64,000 nt of DNA, taken from a virus. Its lineage: Duplodnaviria; Heunggongvirae; Uroviricota; Caudoviricetes. This document shows, one piece after another, positions 46,041 to 57,000 of this stretch. Location: IMG/VR virus record IMGVR_UViG_2541047117_000001, positions 88,841 through 152,840 of that record; one strand, written 5' to 3'. How positions within the stretch are numbered: the stretch's first letter is position 1; each line of letters starts with the position of its first letter. The position numbers were made by a program, and so were the translations under genes. The notes beneath the pieces were generated by a model. The model searched no databases. It was not told where the DNA came from and saw only the letters and a program-made list of their open reading frames with translations.

Positions 46041-46709
46041 ATGAGCGATTACTTTGAGAAATACAAAAGACGTGCAGGTGAACCGTTCGGTAGAAGATTA
46101 AGAACAAATGCTGATGACTTCTATCATAGGAAGTTGATGGAGAGTTCAAATGCTCAAATTATACATATTGATGGTGAAGAGCATCAAGCTCGTGTAGCCA
46201 AAGGTAATAGAATTGAAGATTTGGAAGCACTGTTTCTCCCAAATACGAAGCTACCTCTTGGTGGTGTCGTAGAACTTAATGATGATTCTACTTGGCTTAT
46301 TTTCAATACGCAAAAGGTTGGTATCCTACCGAAAGCATTGTTGAAGAGAGCTAACTATGACCTTGAATGGGAAAAGAATGGTATTAAGTACAAGCAACCT
46401 GCAAAAGTACAAGTGTACTACACGCTCGATATGTACGATATCGAAGCAAAAACCAAAATGGATATGGATGTACCAAAGGGTGGTATGTTCGCTTATATGC
46501 AAATTAATGATGATACGAGAACGCTAGAAATTGACGATACATTCGTCATCCAAGGTCAGAGATACGAGATTTCGGGTATGGATAACATTACTCATACAAT
46601 CGAGGGAATCGGACTTTGTAAGTACACGTTGGATATCGTTGTTAATGCACCCGACAAAGAGACAGAAAACAAAGAGCAAGATGAGAATAAAGGAGGTTGG
46701 TGGAATTGA
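46041..46709 (+). CDS. Head completion/stopper-like protein
   Basis: Position, beta-rich sequence. Confidence 0.6.
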   Translation: MSDYFEKYKRRAGEPFGRRLRTNADDFYHRKLMESSNAQIIHIDGEEHQARVAKGNRIEDLEALFLPNTKLPLGGVVELNDDSTWLIFNTQKVGILPKALLKRANYDLEWEKNGIKYKQPAKVQVYYTLDMYDIEAKTKMDMDVPKGGMFAYMQINDDTRTLEIDDTFVIQGQRYEISGMDNITHTIEGIGLCKYTLDIVVNAPDKETENKEQDENKGGWWN

Positions 46710-47215
46710 TGCAAAACCGATTATCTACAAACCTAATTGGAATCATTGAAGGTCTTGTTAAAGATAATAAGACACTAGCGAAATATCTAGAGAATAATGT
46801 TTCCAACCCTTTGACTTGTAAGAGCTTTGTTGACAGTGAAAAGTACGATTGTACGAAACTCATTATGACGAAAGTATTCCCTTTTCCTTTTGATGTTGAC
46901 TCTACACTTCAAGAAGGCTCTCAAGTCCGTGTCTTCTATTACAGTGGAGAAATGAACACTGACACAGTTGTTCGTGATTCGCTAGTAGTATTTGATATTA
47001 TCTTGGCTAAATCATTATGGCTTATTAATGATGGGAAACCATCGTTGAGACCATATGACATCGCTGATGAGATTATGAAGCATTTCAGAGATAAAAGTAT
47101 CACTGGTGTAGGTAGACTTCATTTCATAGAATTTTCTCACCTAATGGTTAACGAGAAATTTTCGGGAATTAGATTATTTGCTGAGGTAACAGACTTTGTT
47201 GCAAATGACATCTAG
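46709..47215 (+). CDS. Tail terminator/completion-like protein
   Basis: Position; start moved to MQNR. Confidence 0.55.
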   Translation: MQNRLSTNLIGIIEGLVKDNKTLAKYLENNVSNPLTCKSFVDSEKYDCTKLIMTKVFPFPFDVDSTLQEGSQVRVFYYSGEMNTDTVVRDSLVVFDIILAKSLWLINDGKPSLRPYDIADEIMKHFRDKSITGVGRLHFIEFSHLMVNEKFSGIRLFAEVTDFVANDI

Positions 47216-47948
47216 AAGTCCATTTGATGATAAGTTAAGACGCCTTATGGGTGACGGGTTCTATGTAGGAAACGCTCTCCTCAAGCCTAAATCTCTTAGA
47301 GAAATAGTGCGAAGAGGGTATTTGAACCACATGTCTTTATTAAGAACATTGTTGATTACTAAAGAAGATTTAATAGATAGTGAGACTTTACATGAATTTA
47401 AAGACTTTACAATCTATGAGATTATCCTTGGTTCACAGGAAGATAACGAGTTCCAAGCTACATACATAGAGGCTTTAGAGTACTTTTTCAATGCTTCATA
47501 CATGGCTATCGACTTAGAGACTCATACCATTGCTTTTGAAGAAGGTTTATTCATTGATGAAATCGCTTTCAATGAAGCTGTGCTTATATTGAAACAGCAA
47601 AATATGATTCAAGATGAAACCGTCAAGCAGACAAATGAGAACCCTGTCGATGAGAAGACAAGAAAGATTTTAGAGAAGCTTAACAAAGGGAAGAAAAAGG
47701 TAGAAGAGGTCAAAAGAAAAGAGAATCAATCGTCTCAGAATATTGATTTCTATTCAATCGTAAGTGCAGTAAGCACGAAATCTAATACAATCTCAAAATT
47801 AAATGTTTGGGATTTAACTCTTGTACAACTATATGACGAGTACGAGAGATTACAACTTATTGATGGTTATGATACTTCAATTCTAGCAATGACTCAAGGT
47901 GCTGAGATTAAGAACTTACAGCATTGGTCAAGCGTGGTTGAAGAGTAA
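47196..47948 (+). CDS. Conserved tail-region protein
   Basis: ORF track. Confidence 0.65.
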   Translation: MLQMTSRSPFDDKLRRLMGDGFYVGNALLKPKSLREIVRRGYLNHMSLLRTLLITKEDLIDSETLHEFKDFTIYEIILGSQEDNEFQATYIEALEYFFNASYMAIDLETHTIAFEEGLFIDEIAFNEAVLILKQQNMIQDETVKQTNENPVDEKTRKILEKLNKGKKKVEEVKRKENQSSQNIDFYSIVSAVSTKSNTISKLNVWDLTLVQLYDEYERLQLIDGYDTSILAMTQGAEIKNLQHWSSVVEE

Positions 47949-47979
47949 TAAATAATGAAATTTTAGGAGGAAATAATTT

Positions 47980-48729
47980 ATGTTAAACAAATACGGTGCT
48001 AAAGAAGTATGTGACGTTACATTCTTCGCAATCGGTGGAGCAAATGCAGGAAAACCAGAAATTTTCCTAGACACACTTAAAACAAGTGGTGTTGAGACAA
48101 AGGCAGGGGAATCTTCTGCAAAAGGTGGAAAAGGTAACTCAAAGCTGTTAACTTGGTCTCACAGTAAGGAAGCAAATATGAAAATGCAGGATGCTTTAGT
48201 ATCTATGAAAACATTAGCTATGCTTAACGGTACTGGCGTTGTTACTGGTGCTACAAACATCTTCAAAACAGAGACAATGGTGTTAGGAACTACAAAGGCT
48301 TCTCTAGCTGAAACACCAATCGCTGATACAGTAGTTGCATTAGACGAAGAAGGTAACACAATTGATGTTACTGTAACAGGTAAAGAGATTTCTCTTAAAG
48401 CTCCTGTACAAAAAGGAGAAGGCGCACAAGCTCCTGCTTCAACAGTTAAAGCTCGTGTGTTCTATCAGTTCGCAAAAGCTACTGGTGCTGAGAAAATCGT
48501 AGTAAGTGCTAACAAGTTCGCAGGTTACTACAAAGTTGTTGGTGACACTGTATTACGTAACGCTGACTCAGGTCAAGATGAAGCGTTCCAAATCGTAATC
48601 CACAAAGCTAAAATGAAATCTGATATCAACTTAGAGTTCAAAGCTGATGGTGAACCATCTGTGTTCAACCTTGACTTAGAGGTATTCCCTAACGAAAACG
48701 GTGACATGGTAGAGTACATCAAATACTAA
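47980..48729 (+). CDS. Major tail tube protein
   Basis: YGAKEVCDVTFF start, biased codons, followed by a terminator. Confidence 0.8.
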   Translation: MLNKYGAKEVCDVTFFAIGGANAGKPEIFLDTLKTSGVETKAGESSAKGGKGNSKLLTWSHSKEANMKMQDALVSMKTLAMLNGTGVVTGATNIFKTETMVLGTTKASLAETPIADTVVALDEEGNTIDVTVTGKEISLKAPVQKGEGAQAPASTVKARVFYQFAKATGAEKIVVSANKFAGYYKVVGDTVLRNADSGQDEAFQIVIHKAKMKSDINLEFKADGEPSVFNLDLEVFPNENGDMVEYIKY

Positions 48730-48764
48730 GTTGCACTACAAGTGTAATAAATAATGAATCTAGT

Positions 48765-48797
48765 GAGAGGTAGGATAGCCCTATCTCTCATTTTCTT
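48765..48797 (+). terminator. Terminator after the tail tube gene
   Basis: GAGAGGGTAGG/CCCTATCTCTC plus T-rich tail. Confidence 0.65.
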
Positions 48798-48875
48798 CAT
48801 ACCCTCAAATTGAATAAAAGTCACATTTTACTCTACAAGAGTACTAAATGAATGAGAGAAAAGGAGTTAATTTTT

Positions 48876-49448
48876 ATGACAAAAGAGACTATTAAAAAAG
48901 AAATCACTAAAACTACTAAGGGAGCTAAGGCTACTAAACCAGTAGTGACTAAGCCTAAGGCTACTAAACCAAAAGCCTTAAATCTTACGAATATCAAGAA
49001 GGACGTTAAAGAACTTGACGAGATGATTGATGTAACTGTAGGCGAGTACTCATTAAAAGTGAATAAGCATTTCAAAGCTAGTGCTATTTCCGAAGCTGTA
49101 TTTGAGTTTCTTTCTGATAGAGACGAAGCTTTCAAGACTGGCAAATCTATCGACGAAGTATTGGCAACATACATGCTTGTAATCATCATCAAGAAATTCA
49201 CATCTCTAAATGTTCCCGACAGCATTGATGGCAAGATTGATACTTTAAAAGTCCTATTAGACTTAGAGCTTGTTGGTGAAATCATGGATAACCTACCTCA
49301 AGGTGAGTTAGAAAAATTCTATGGAACACTTGATAAAACTTTAGATGAAATGAAGCGAAATCTAGATGCTCTTGATAATGAGTTAGATGAGATGGATATC
49401 AAGAATGAAGAAGTTCGAAAGTTAGTTACGCCAAAAAAAGCTGAGTGA
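48876..49448 (+). CDS. Probable tail assembly chaperone
   Basis: Follows the tail tube gene; K/T/A-rich N-terminus with TKPKA repeats. Confidence 0.6.
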   Translation: MTKETIKKEITKTTKGAKATKPVVTKPKATKPKALNLTNIKKDVKELDEMIDVTVGEYSLKVNKHFKASAISEAVFEFLSDRDEAFKTGKSIDEVLATYMLVIIIKKFTSLNVPDSIDGKIDTLKVLLDLELVGEIMDNLPQGELEKFYGTLDKTLDEMKRNLDALDNELDEMDIKNEEVRKLVTPKKAE

Positions 49449-49921
49449 TAATTATGGATTTCAACAGTATCGCTGAATTGGAAAGATATCTAATGGGTGA
49501 GCTACAAAAAACGATGGAATCTCAGGTAGTTAAAGAAGTGCGAGATACCATGCGAGAGAGCATTGTAGCTCATGTATATAGTTTTCCACCTAGCTCACGT
49601 TACACAAGACGTAAAGAGCAAGGTGGTTTATTAGATTACAAGAACATGCCGTACAAAGTCTCAAGAGGTTCTAATTCGGTTGCAATTAACCTAAAGAACG
49701 ATACAAGAGCAAGTACGATGTCATTTAAGAACGTAGCAAACATAGTTGAAACAGGTAAAGGCTACACATGGACAACTTCTGAGTATTACAGAAAAGAACA
49801 CATGGGAGACCCAATAGCAAGGAAATTTACAATGCCAACTGCTATTAAATTGCAGACATCAAAACGACATGTTGATGCTCTCAAAAAAGGATTACGAAAT
49901 AAAGGAATTACAGTAACTTAG
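49445..49921 (+). CDS. HK97 gp10-like tail completion protein
   Basis: Position and size. Confidence 0.5.
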   Translation: MIIMDFNSIAELERYLMGELQKTMESQVVKEVRDTMRESIVAHVYSFPPSSRYTRRKEQGGLLDYKNMPYKVSRGSNSVAINLKNDTRASTMSFKNVANIVETGKGYTWTTSEYYRKEHMGDPIARKFTMPTAIKLQTSKRHVDALKKGLRNKGITVT

Positions 49922-49934
49922 GAGGTGAGTACTC

Positions 49935-50909
49935 GTGGCTAAAAGATTGCCCGAAGTAACCAAAGACATATGGGAAAACGAAATCGACCCATTTAATAGA
50001 CAACTTACAGAGGAGTTCTTGACTCAAGGTCATTTATCTCCGCAAACATTAAAACAATATCGCTCTGCATTGATGCAATTCTTCATGTGGGTGAAAAACA
50101 ATTGTATGAACAAACCACTACATAAATTGAAACCAAGGGACGCACTTAGATATCAGAACTATTTAATTCAAGAAGGACTATCATCCTCTGCAATTAAATT
50201 TAAACGTTCTGCTGTATCAAGTATATGTGGATATCTAGAAATCTACTACCTTGATGAATATGAAACATTCCGCAATATCTACAACAAAAACATTCCCAAT
50301 CCACCAAACGTAAAGAAACATGAGAAAGTCCCATTAACAAAAGAACAGTTTGAAACTCTAGTCAAAGAATTAGAGAAGCGTGAAAGATATCAAGAGGTTG
50401 CATACTTACTTTATACATATGCGACAGGTTGTCGAAGAGAAGAGAGTCGTCAATTACTAAAAGAAGTAGTTGATTATTCGAAAGCGAAAGACAAAGAAGG
50501 AAATGATAAACCGTTCTACATTACGCATTCTATTCGTGCGAAAGGTAGAGGTAAAGAAGGTAAGGTTCGTAAGTTCACATTTGATGAACGAGCGATGAAA
50601 GCTATGAAGCGTTGGCTTGAGTTAAGAGGAGAAGATGATTGTCCTTATTTATTCGTAGCACGTAGCAAAGAAGGCTACAGACAAATTTCAGCTAACATGT
50701 TTAATCATTGGTGTAGCGCATTGTTCTCAGATATTTTAGGAGTTCGTGTTCATCCCCATTTAATCCGTTCTACAAGAGCGACACACATTGTTGCAATAGA
50801 CGGGAAAGACATTAAATCGGCTCAGAAACTATTAGGTCACGCTAGTAGTGAGACGACAGAAATCTATGTTGTACGTGACGACAGTGAAGATTTAGACGAT
50901 ATTTTCTAA
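49935..50909 (+). CDS. Tyrosine recombinase family protein 2 (in tail module)
   Basis: TGCRREE, AKGRG, HPHLIR, LLGH...TTEIY. Confidence 0.9.
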   Translation: MAKRLPEVTKDIWENEIDPFNRQLTEEFLTQGHLSPQTLKQYRSALMQFFMWVKNNCMNKPLHKLKPRDALRYQNYLIQEGLSSSAIKFKRSAVSSICGYLEIYYLDEYETFRNIYNKNIPNPPNVKKHEKVPLTKEQFETLVKELEKRERYQEVAYLLYTYATGCRREESRQLLKEVVDYSKAKDKEGNDKPFYITHSIRAKGRGKEGKVRKFTFDERAMKAMKRWLELRGEDDCPYLFVARSKEGYRQISANMFNHWCSALFSDILGVRVHPHLIRSTRATHIVAIDGKDIKSAQKLLGHASSETTEIYVVRDDSEDLDDIF

Positions 50910-51055
50910 GAAAAACTAATCAATATATGCATATATTACCATTTTAAATCACTTTGTACAAAGTGCTTTTTTTATTGCCAAAAACTAATTAGGACAGTTA
51001 AAGAATTTGCAAATTTTTTAAACCTGCAATCTACTACAAAGGAGCGTGAGAAAGA

Positions 51056-54000
51056 ATGGCAGGAGATTTAAATATTAAAGTTAAAGCTACCTTGGACACC
51101 AAAGACCTACAGAGTAAGCTTAATAGTCATAAAGGGTTAAATGCTGAGGTTTCTAAGTTAAAGTTAGATAACGAAGCGTGGAAGAATTTTAAGAGTAGTT
51201 TAGAGAAGAAAATGGTCTCCATTAAAGCGAAGTTAAAGCTTGATGGTGAATCTTGGAATACATTTAAAGGTAGCATTGAGAAAAAGCACGTTACATTAGC
51301 AGTAAAAACAAAGCTAGACCAAGACTCTTTCAAAAGACTTTCTGACTCAATTGCTAATAAATCTGTAAAAGTTAAAGTTGAATCAGATAAGGCACAGGCT
51401 GAAAAAGTTGGGAAGAATGCAGGTAAGACAATCGGTGAAGAAGTAAATAAGTCTGTTAAAAGTTCTCTGAGTAGAACATTTAAAGATGCAGATTTTGGTG
51501 AAGACCAATTGAAGAAAAAGGCTCAGAACCTTAGTCGTATGGTTGACCGTGATTTCTTTAAAAATGCAAAAGTTGGATATACATTCGATAAAGATGCAGA
51601 GGGAAATCTAAAGAGAATTACTGTAGCAGGTGAAAAAGCTGACGGAACGATGAAGAAATTAACGTTCGCAGTTGATAGCTTCTACAAGAAATTAAAAGGC
51701 GAAGACCAACTACGTCACACAGTTTCATTAATCAATGATAAAGACATAGATAAGTCTGAGAAAGCTCTAAAGAGACTAGAACAGTCCGTAATTGAATTTA
51801 AACGTCAATTAAGAGCAAGTGGTGATACAGGTCTTATTAAAGAAGTAGAGAAGTTACAGCAACTAGGTAAGCTAGATAAGGACTCTCTACAGACATTGAA
51901 AAATAAGCAAGCATTATATCAAGAGAGTCGTCAAAAGCTTGAGCAAATGCATACTGTTCAAAATAAGATGCTTGGACTACAACAAAAGCTTAACATCGCT
52001 CAGGAGAAGGGTACATTATCTCGTGAGAAAGAATTAGAGTTCACCAAGAGATTACAGGCTATTGGTGGATTAGATAACAATGACAAGAAGCTAAAATCTT
52101 TAACAAGAGTCAATCAAGAGATTCAAAGAGAGATTGAACTACAACGTGAACTTAACAGACAACGTACCGCTTCTATCGCTGAGCAAAAGAAAGAAGAAGC
52201 ATTCTTACGTCGTAAGATTCAATTAGAACAACAAGTTCAACAATTGAGAGCTAAAGCTTCAACTGAAAGTTATAGCACAGATAAGTACTTGCAACATCTA
52301 TCTAGATTGCAAGGTATTACAACTTCTAAACAAGTTCAAGAGCTTGATAAATTAGATAGAGAACTACTAAAAGTAAGTAAGTCACTGCAAACTGTGAATA
52401 CTTCCATTGGTCAAACGAATAAATTTGAAACATTGAGTAGACGTTTAGAAGCACTAGCTCCTAAGTTGAAAAATGTAGACCAAGAATTTACTCGTATGTC
52501 TCATTCTATCTCGAACTCAATGAAGACGGATAGAAGTGTTGAAAATCTTAAACGATTAGAAAGTGAACTGGGACGACTAGAACAGAAGGTTAATAGTGCT
52601 GTTAAATCGTTAAAAGCAGGAGAAACAATCAACGTTGGAGATAAGATTAATTTTGGTAGTTTCAAAAATAACGTTCAATCCTTTGAGAGAGACGTTCAAA
52701 ATCTATCAAGAACAATGCATGGAGCTAAAGCTAATATTGTTAGCATGAGCAACGAAATCGGTCGAGATGGACAGCAAATGTCTAAGTTTAAAGTTCGTAT
52801 CGACGATGGTAAAAAGAGTGTTCAAGAGTTTGCCTATGTATTAAATCATGCTTCTAGAGAACTTACTCGTATGGGTAGCGAACTTAGAAACAATGCAAAC
52901 AAAAACTTGGGTGTTTTAGAGCAGTTAAAAATCGCTTTAGAACGTGTACCAGTTTGGTTTGCTAGTACAACATTATTCTATGGTTCTGTTCAAGGTATCA
53001 AAACTTTAACGAAAGAAATTGTAGAACTAGATAAAGCTATGACAGACTTACGTCGTGTTGCTAGTGATGGTGTAGATACTAATGCTCTATTCGAGGGCGG
53101 TATCAAAATGGCATCTGAGCTTGGTAACAGTGCGAAAGATGTATTAAACACAATCTCAGAGATTAGTCGTTCTTATGACCAATTATCTGAACAGCAACAG
53201 ATTTCATTAGCTCGTACAGCAACGATAGCCTCAAACGTATCTGACCTAAAAGCAGATGATGCGATGAAATCATTAATCGCAACACTGAACGGTTACAACT
53301 TTGAAGTAGAAAAATCTATTGACCTTGTAGATAAAATGAATGAAGTCGATAACAATAACTCGATTTCAACTCAACAATTATCAGAGGCAATGATGAAAGC
53401 ATCGGCAACAGCTAAGACGTTTGGAGTAGATATTGATAGTTTACTTGGACATGTAACAGCAATTGGTGCTACTACGATGGAATCAGGTAAGCAAATTGGT
53501 AACTCTCTTAAAACAATTTATTCTCGTGTAACAACACTTCCCGATGTAGAAACAGCACTTAAAGGTGTAGGTGTTTCTATTCGTACAGCAGGTGGAGATG
53601 CACGTAAAGTAGAGAGTGTATTTGGTGATTTAGCAGGTAAATGGAAATACATGACTGATATGGAACGACAAAACATTGCCGTTAAAGTAGCAGGACGTAA
53701 CCATTTAACTCGTTTCTTAGCTTTGATGAATAACTGGGATTTAGCGATTAAAGCGACAAATGATTCATTAAATTCTCAAGGTTCAGCAATGCGTGAGAAT
53801 GCTGAGTACCAAAAATCTTTAGAAGCTCGAATTAACCGATTAAAGAACTCATTATCTGAGATGGCATTGGCATTCGGTGATGCATTTCTAAGTGGTGGAT
53901 TCATGTTGGCGTTAGACTTGACACAAAGCCTAATGCAAGGTGTATCGGCTCTTGCTCAAAACTTCGGTATACTAGGTGTTGTACTAGGTGCGGTTGGCGC

Positions 54001-57000
54001 AGGTTTAGTAGCATATAAAATGAAAGCTAACTATGGAGACCAAGCTACTTCACAATTGGTTCAACGTGGTGAAAAGGCTGTTGGTACGTTTGGAAGAATG
54101 GCAAAAGCTATTCACGGTATTCCGAAGCTTGATAATAAATTTACAGGATTTAACTATAGAGCAATTGAACAAGCAACTACAAGAATGGAACGTTTTGAGG
54201 CTACTCAAGGAAGAGCGAGACAAGCAACTGTTCAACTTGCAGATGCTCAAACAAAACTAGGACAAGCAATTAACGCACAAGCAACTAAAAAACTTGATAG
54301 ATACTACGAACAAAGCGCACAGCAGATGATGAAATATCATGATGCGATTCAAAAAGTAAAACAAGCAAAAGTAGAAAATGGTAAAGCAGGAATGTTAGAT
54401 GTTGCAAAGATGAACATGGCTAACGTGGCTTTAGCTACAACTACAGCTAAAATCAATGGCGTAGCAATGGCAACGAATATTGCAACAAAAGGTATTGGAT
54501 TAATGAAAGCAGGATTCATGGGGCTAGTAGGCTTTATGAGTACAGCAATTCTTCCAACTCTTGCTTTTATGGCATTAGGAATTGCTATTGAGAAAACAAT
54601 AAATTACTTCGCCAAAATGAAAAAAGAGCAAGAAGAGTTCAACAAGCGTGTAGAAGAAGCAAGTGATGCAATTGGAAATCATGGCTCTGAATTAGAAGAC
54701 CTTGTAGAAGATTATGATTTACTTTCTAGAAGTCGAAAAGAAGCTTTGAGTCCAAAAGATGCAAAAAAACTAGAGGAAACTCAAAATAAAATTAATAAAT
54801 TGCTTCCAACAGCAACAAAAGAGATTGATGCACAGGGTAATGCTCGACTAAAAAGTGTTGAGGCTGTTAAAGAAGAATTAACACTAGCAAAAGCCCTTGC
54901 TCAAGAAGAGAAGAAAATCTCATTAGAAAGAGCGCAACAAAAACAAAAGAAATCAAACGAAAAGCTTTCAGATGTCTTAGGTGACTACAATAAGAAAAAG
55001 AAAGATTATAATTACAAAAAAGAAGGCAAGGTAATTGGTTCGGGAATGGGAGCTACAGTTAAAAAAGACACTCTAGAGATTGCCGAAGCCAACATGAAAT
55101 TGTTCGAATCTGAGAAAAAAGTTAAAGAAGCATTTAAACAAAGTGGCACAGCTATCTTAGGTGTTACAAAAGAACAAGTCAAACTATCAAATGAAAGAGA
55201 TAGAGCTAAAAAGAAAAATTCAGACCAAACAAACTCAATTCGTGATTTGACAGCAGAAGATGAAAAGTTAATTCAAAAAATGATTCAATCTAAAAACGCA
55301 TCTGCTGATTGGACTAAAGAAGGTTTCAAATTAGAAGAGCATACTGAAAAAGTTACGAAAGAAGCAACTTCATATGGACAAGCTTTAACAAGGCTTCCAC
55401 CTGTTCTAAGAAATTCATTCACTGCATCTCAAACAGCGTCAAAAGGTTTTGATAAACAAGCTGAGGCTACAAGAGGTGTTCAAAGAGAATTGAAAGACTA
55501 TGTTGGTGGATTAGTAGATAGTGGTCAAAAATTCAGCATGAATAGTGACAAAGCGAAAGAGTTAACAAAGCAGTTAGAAGGTCAGGGTATCAGTTCTAAC
55601 AAAGCGAAGGCTATGGTTCAAAACTTAGCTGACGCAGTTGCGAAACAAGCTAAAGAAGCCAAAAATGGAGCGAAAGATAACAAAGACTTAGCAGATAGCA
55701 TTGAGGACGTTGATAAAAAGAGTTCGGATTTAGCAGGTACATTAGAAGCTATCACTGGTTTGAGTGCAGACCAAGTAAAATCAACCGAAGAATTAATTGC
55801 CTCCTCTGATAGATTAGGGCAAATGACTTCTCGAAACGAGAAACAAGAAGCGCAATATAAACAAGTAAGAGAAGAGTTGGCGAAGCAATTCCCCGACCTT
55901 GTGACAGGTTACAATTCACAGACTGGTGCAGTTGAATTGAACATGAGCGCAATTAGAGAAGAACAAGGTTTGCAAAAAGAGTACGCAGGTTTATACGAAA
56001 AAAATATTTCGGATTTATCTGAGAGCGAAAAAGCAAGAATGAGAGAAATTGAAGCGATTTTCAATAAAAACAATGCTTCAAGAGAAGAAGTTCTTCAACA
56101 GGATGCTTATATCCGAAAAACAGATGAAGAAATCGGTAAGAGACGTGATGCATTGGCGACATTTGAAGATGCAAACGCAAAACTGGTTTCGGGTAAACAA
56201 TTAGATAAATCAGAAACAGAAGCACTCGAAGATGCAATTAATGTCTTAGGAGACGCATACGGTGATTGTGTTGTAGATGGTAAGCTACAAGCAGACCAAG
56301 TTCAAGAAAACATTAACAAAGACCAAGAGATGCTTGAAACAGTAACAATTACGTCTAACGGTATGGTTGTTAAAAGTGGCGAATATACACAGAAACATGG
56401 CGAAGGTGTAAAACAACGAGTTGATGCCAACAAGAAGAACCAAGAGAGTGAACAAGAACTTGGTGATAAAACAAAAGAAGTTATGGATAACATGAAAAAA
56501 GATGCTGAAAATGGAAGTAAAGGTGTTCAAGACGGAGCTAAAAATGCAGGAGATGCAATGAAAAAAGCTGGTCAAGAAGGTCAAGAGGGTGCATCTATGG
56601 CTCAGAAAGCATGGGAAACTTTCTCAGGAGTATTCAAAGGTATCTATAACAGTGCTGTAGAGAAGTGGAACGATTGGACAGGTAAGAAGAATGAAATGCA
56701 ATCTGCCCCTGCTCCTAGAATGGCTAGTGTGGAATCCCCTGTATACTATTCATTTGCCTCAGCTCCAACGAGTCTAAGTGGTATGGAGATAATGCCTAAA
56801 TTCTACGCAATGCCTCCAATGTCTCCAATGTCTGTCTCAGCAGTACAACCAGTATCAGTACGTTCAAGCTTCGATGTTGACCATTCATATGATGATTGGA
56901 AAGATTCACAAACGCTCTATGGTGAATATGAAACACCTCCAATGTTAGCTTACAGTCGAACTAGTGAATCTATGCAAGAGGCATTTAAGCCTGATTTATT

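Noticed and set aside
49428-49448. Slippery A AAA AAA/G heptamer at the end of the tail chaperone gene, suggesting a lambda G/GT-type -1 frameshift
   Set aside because: The -1 frame hits TGA (49442-49444) immediately after the slip site, so no extended product results
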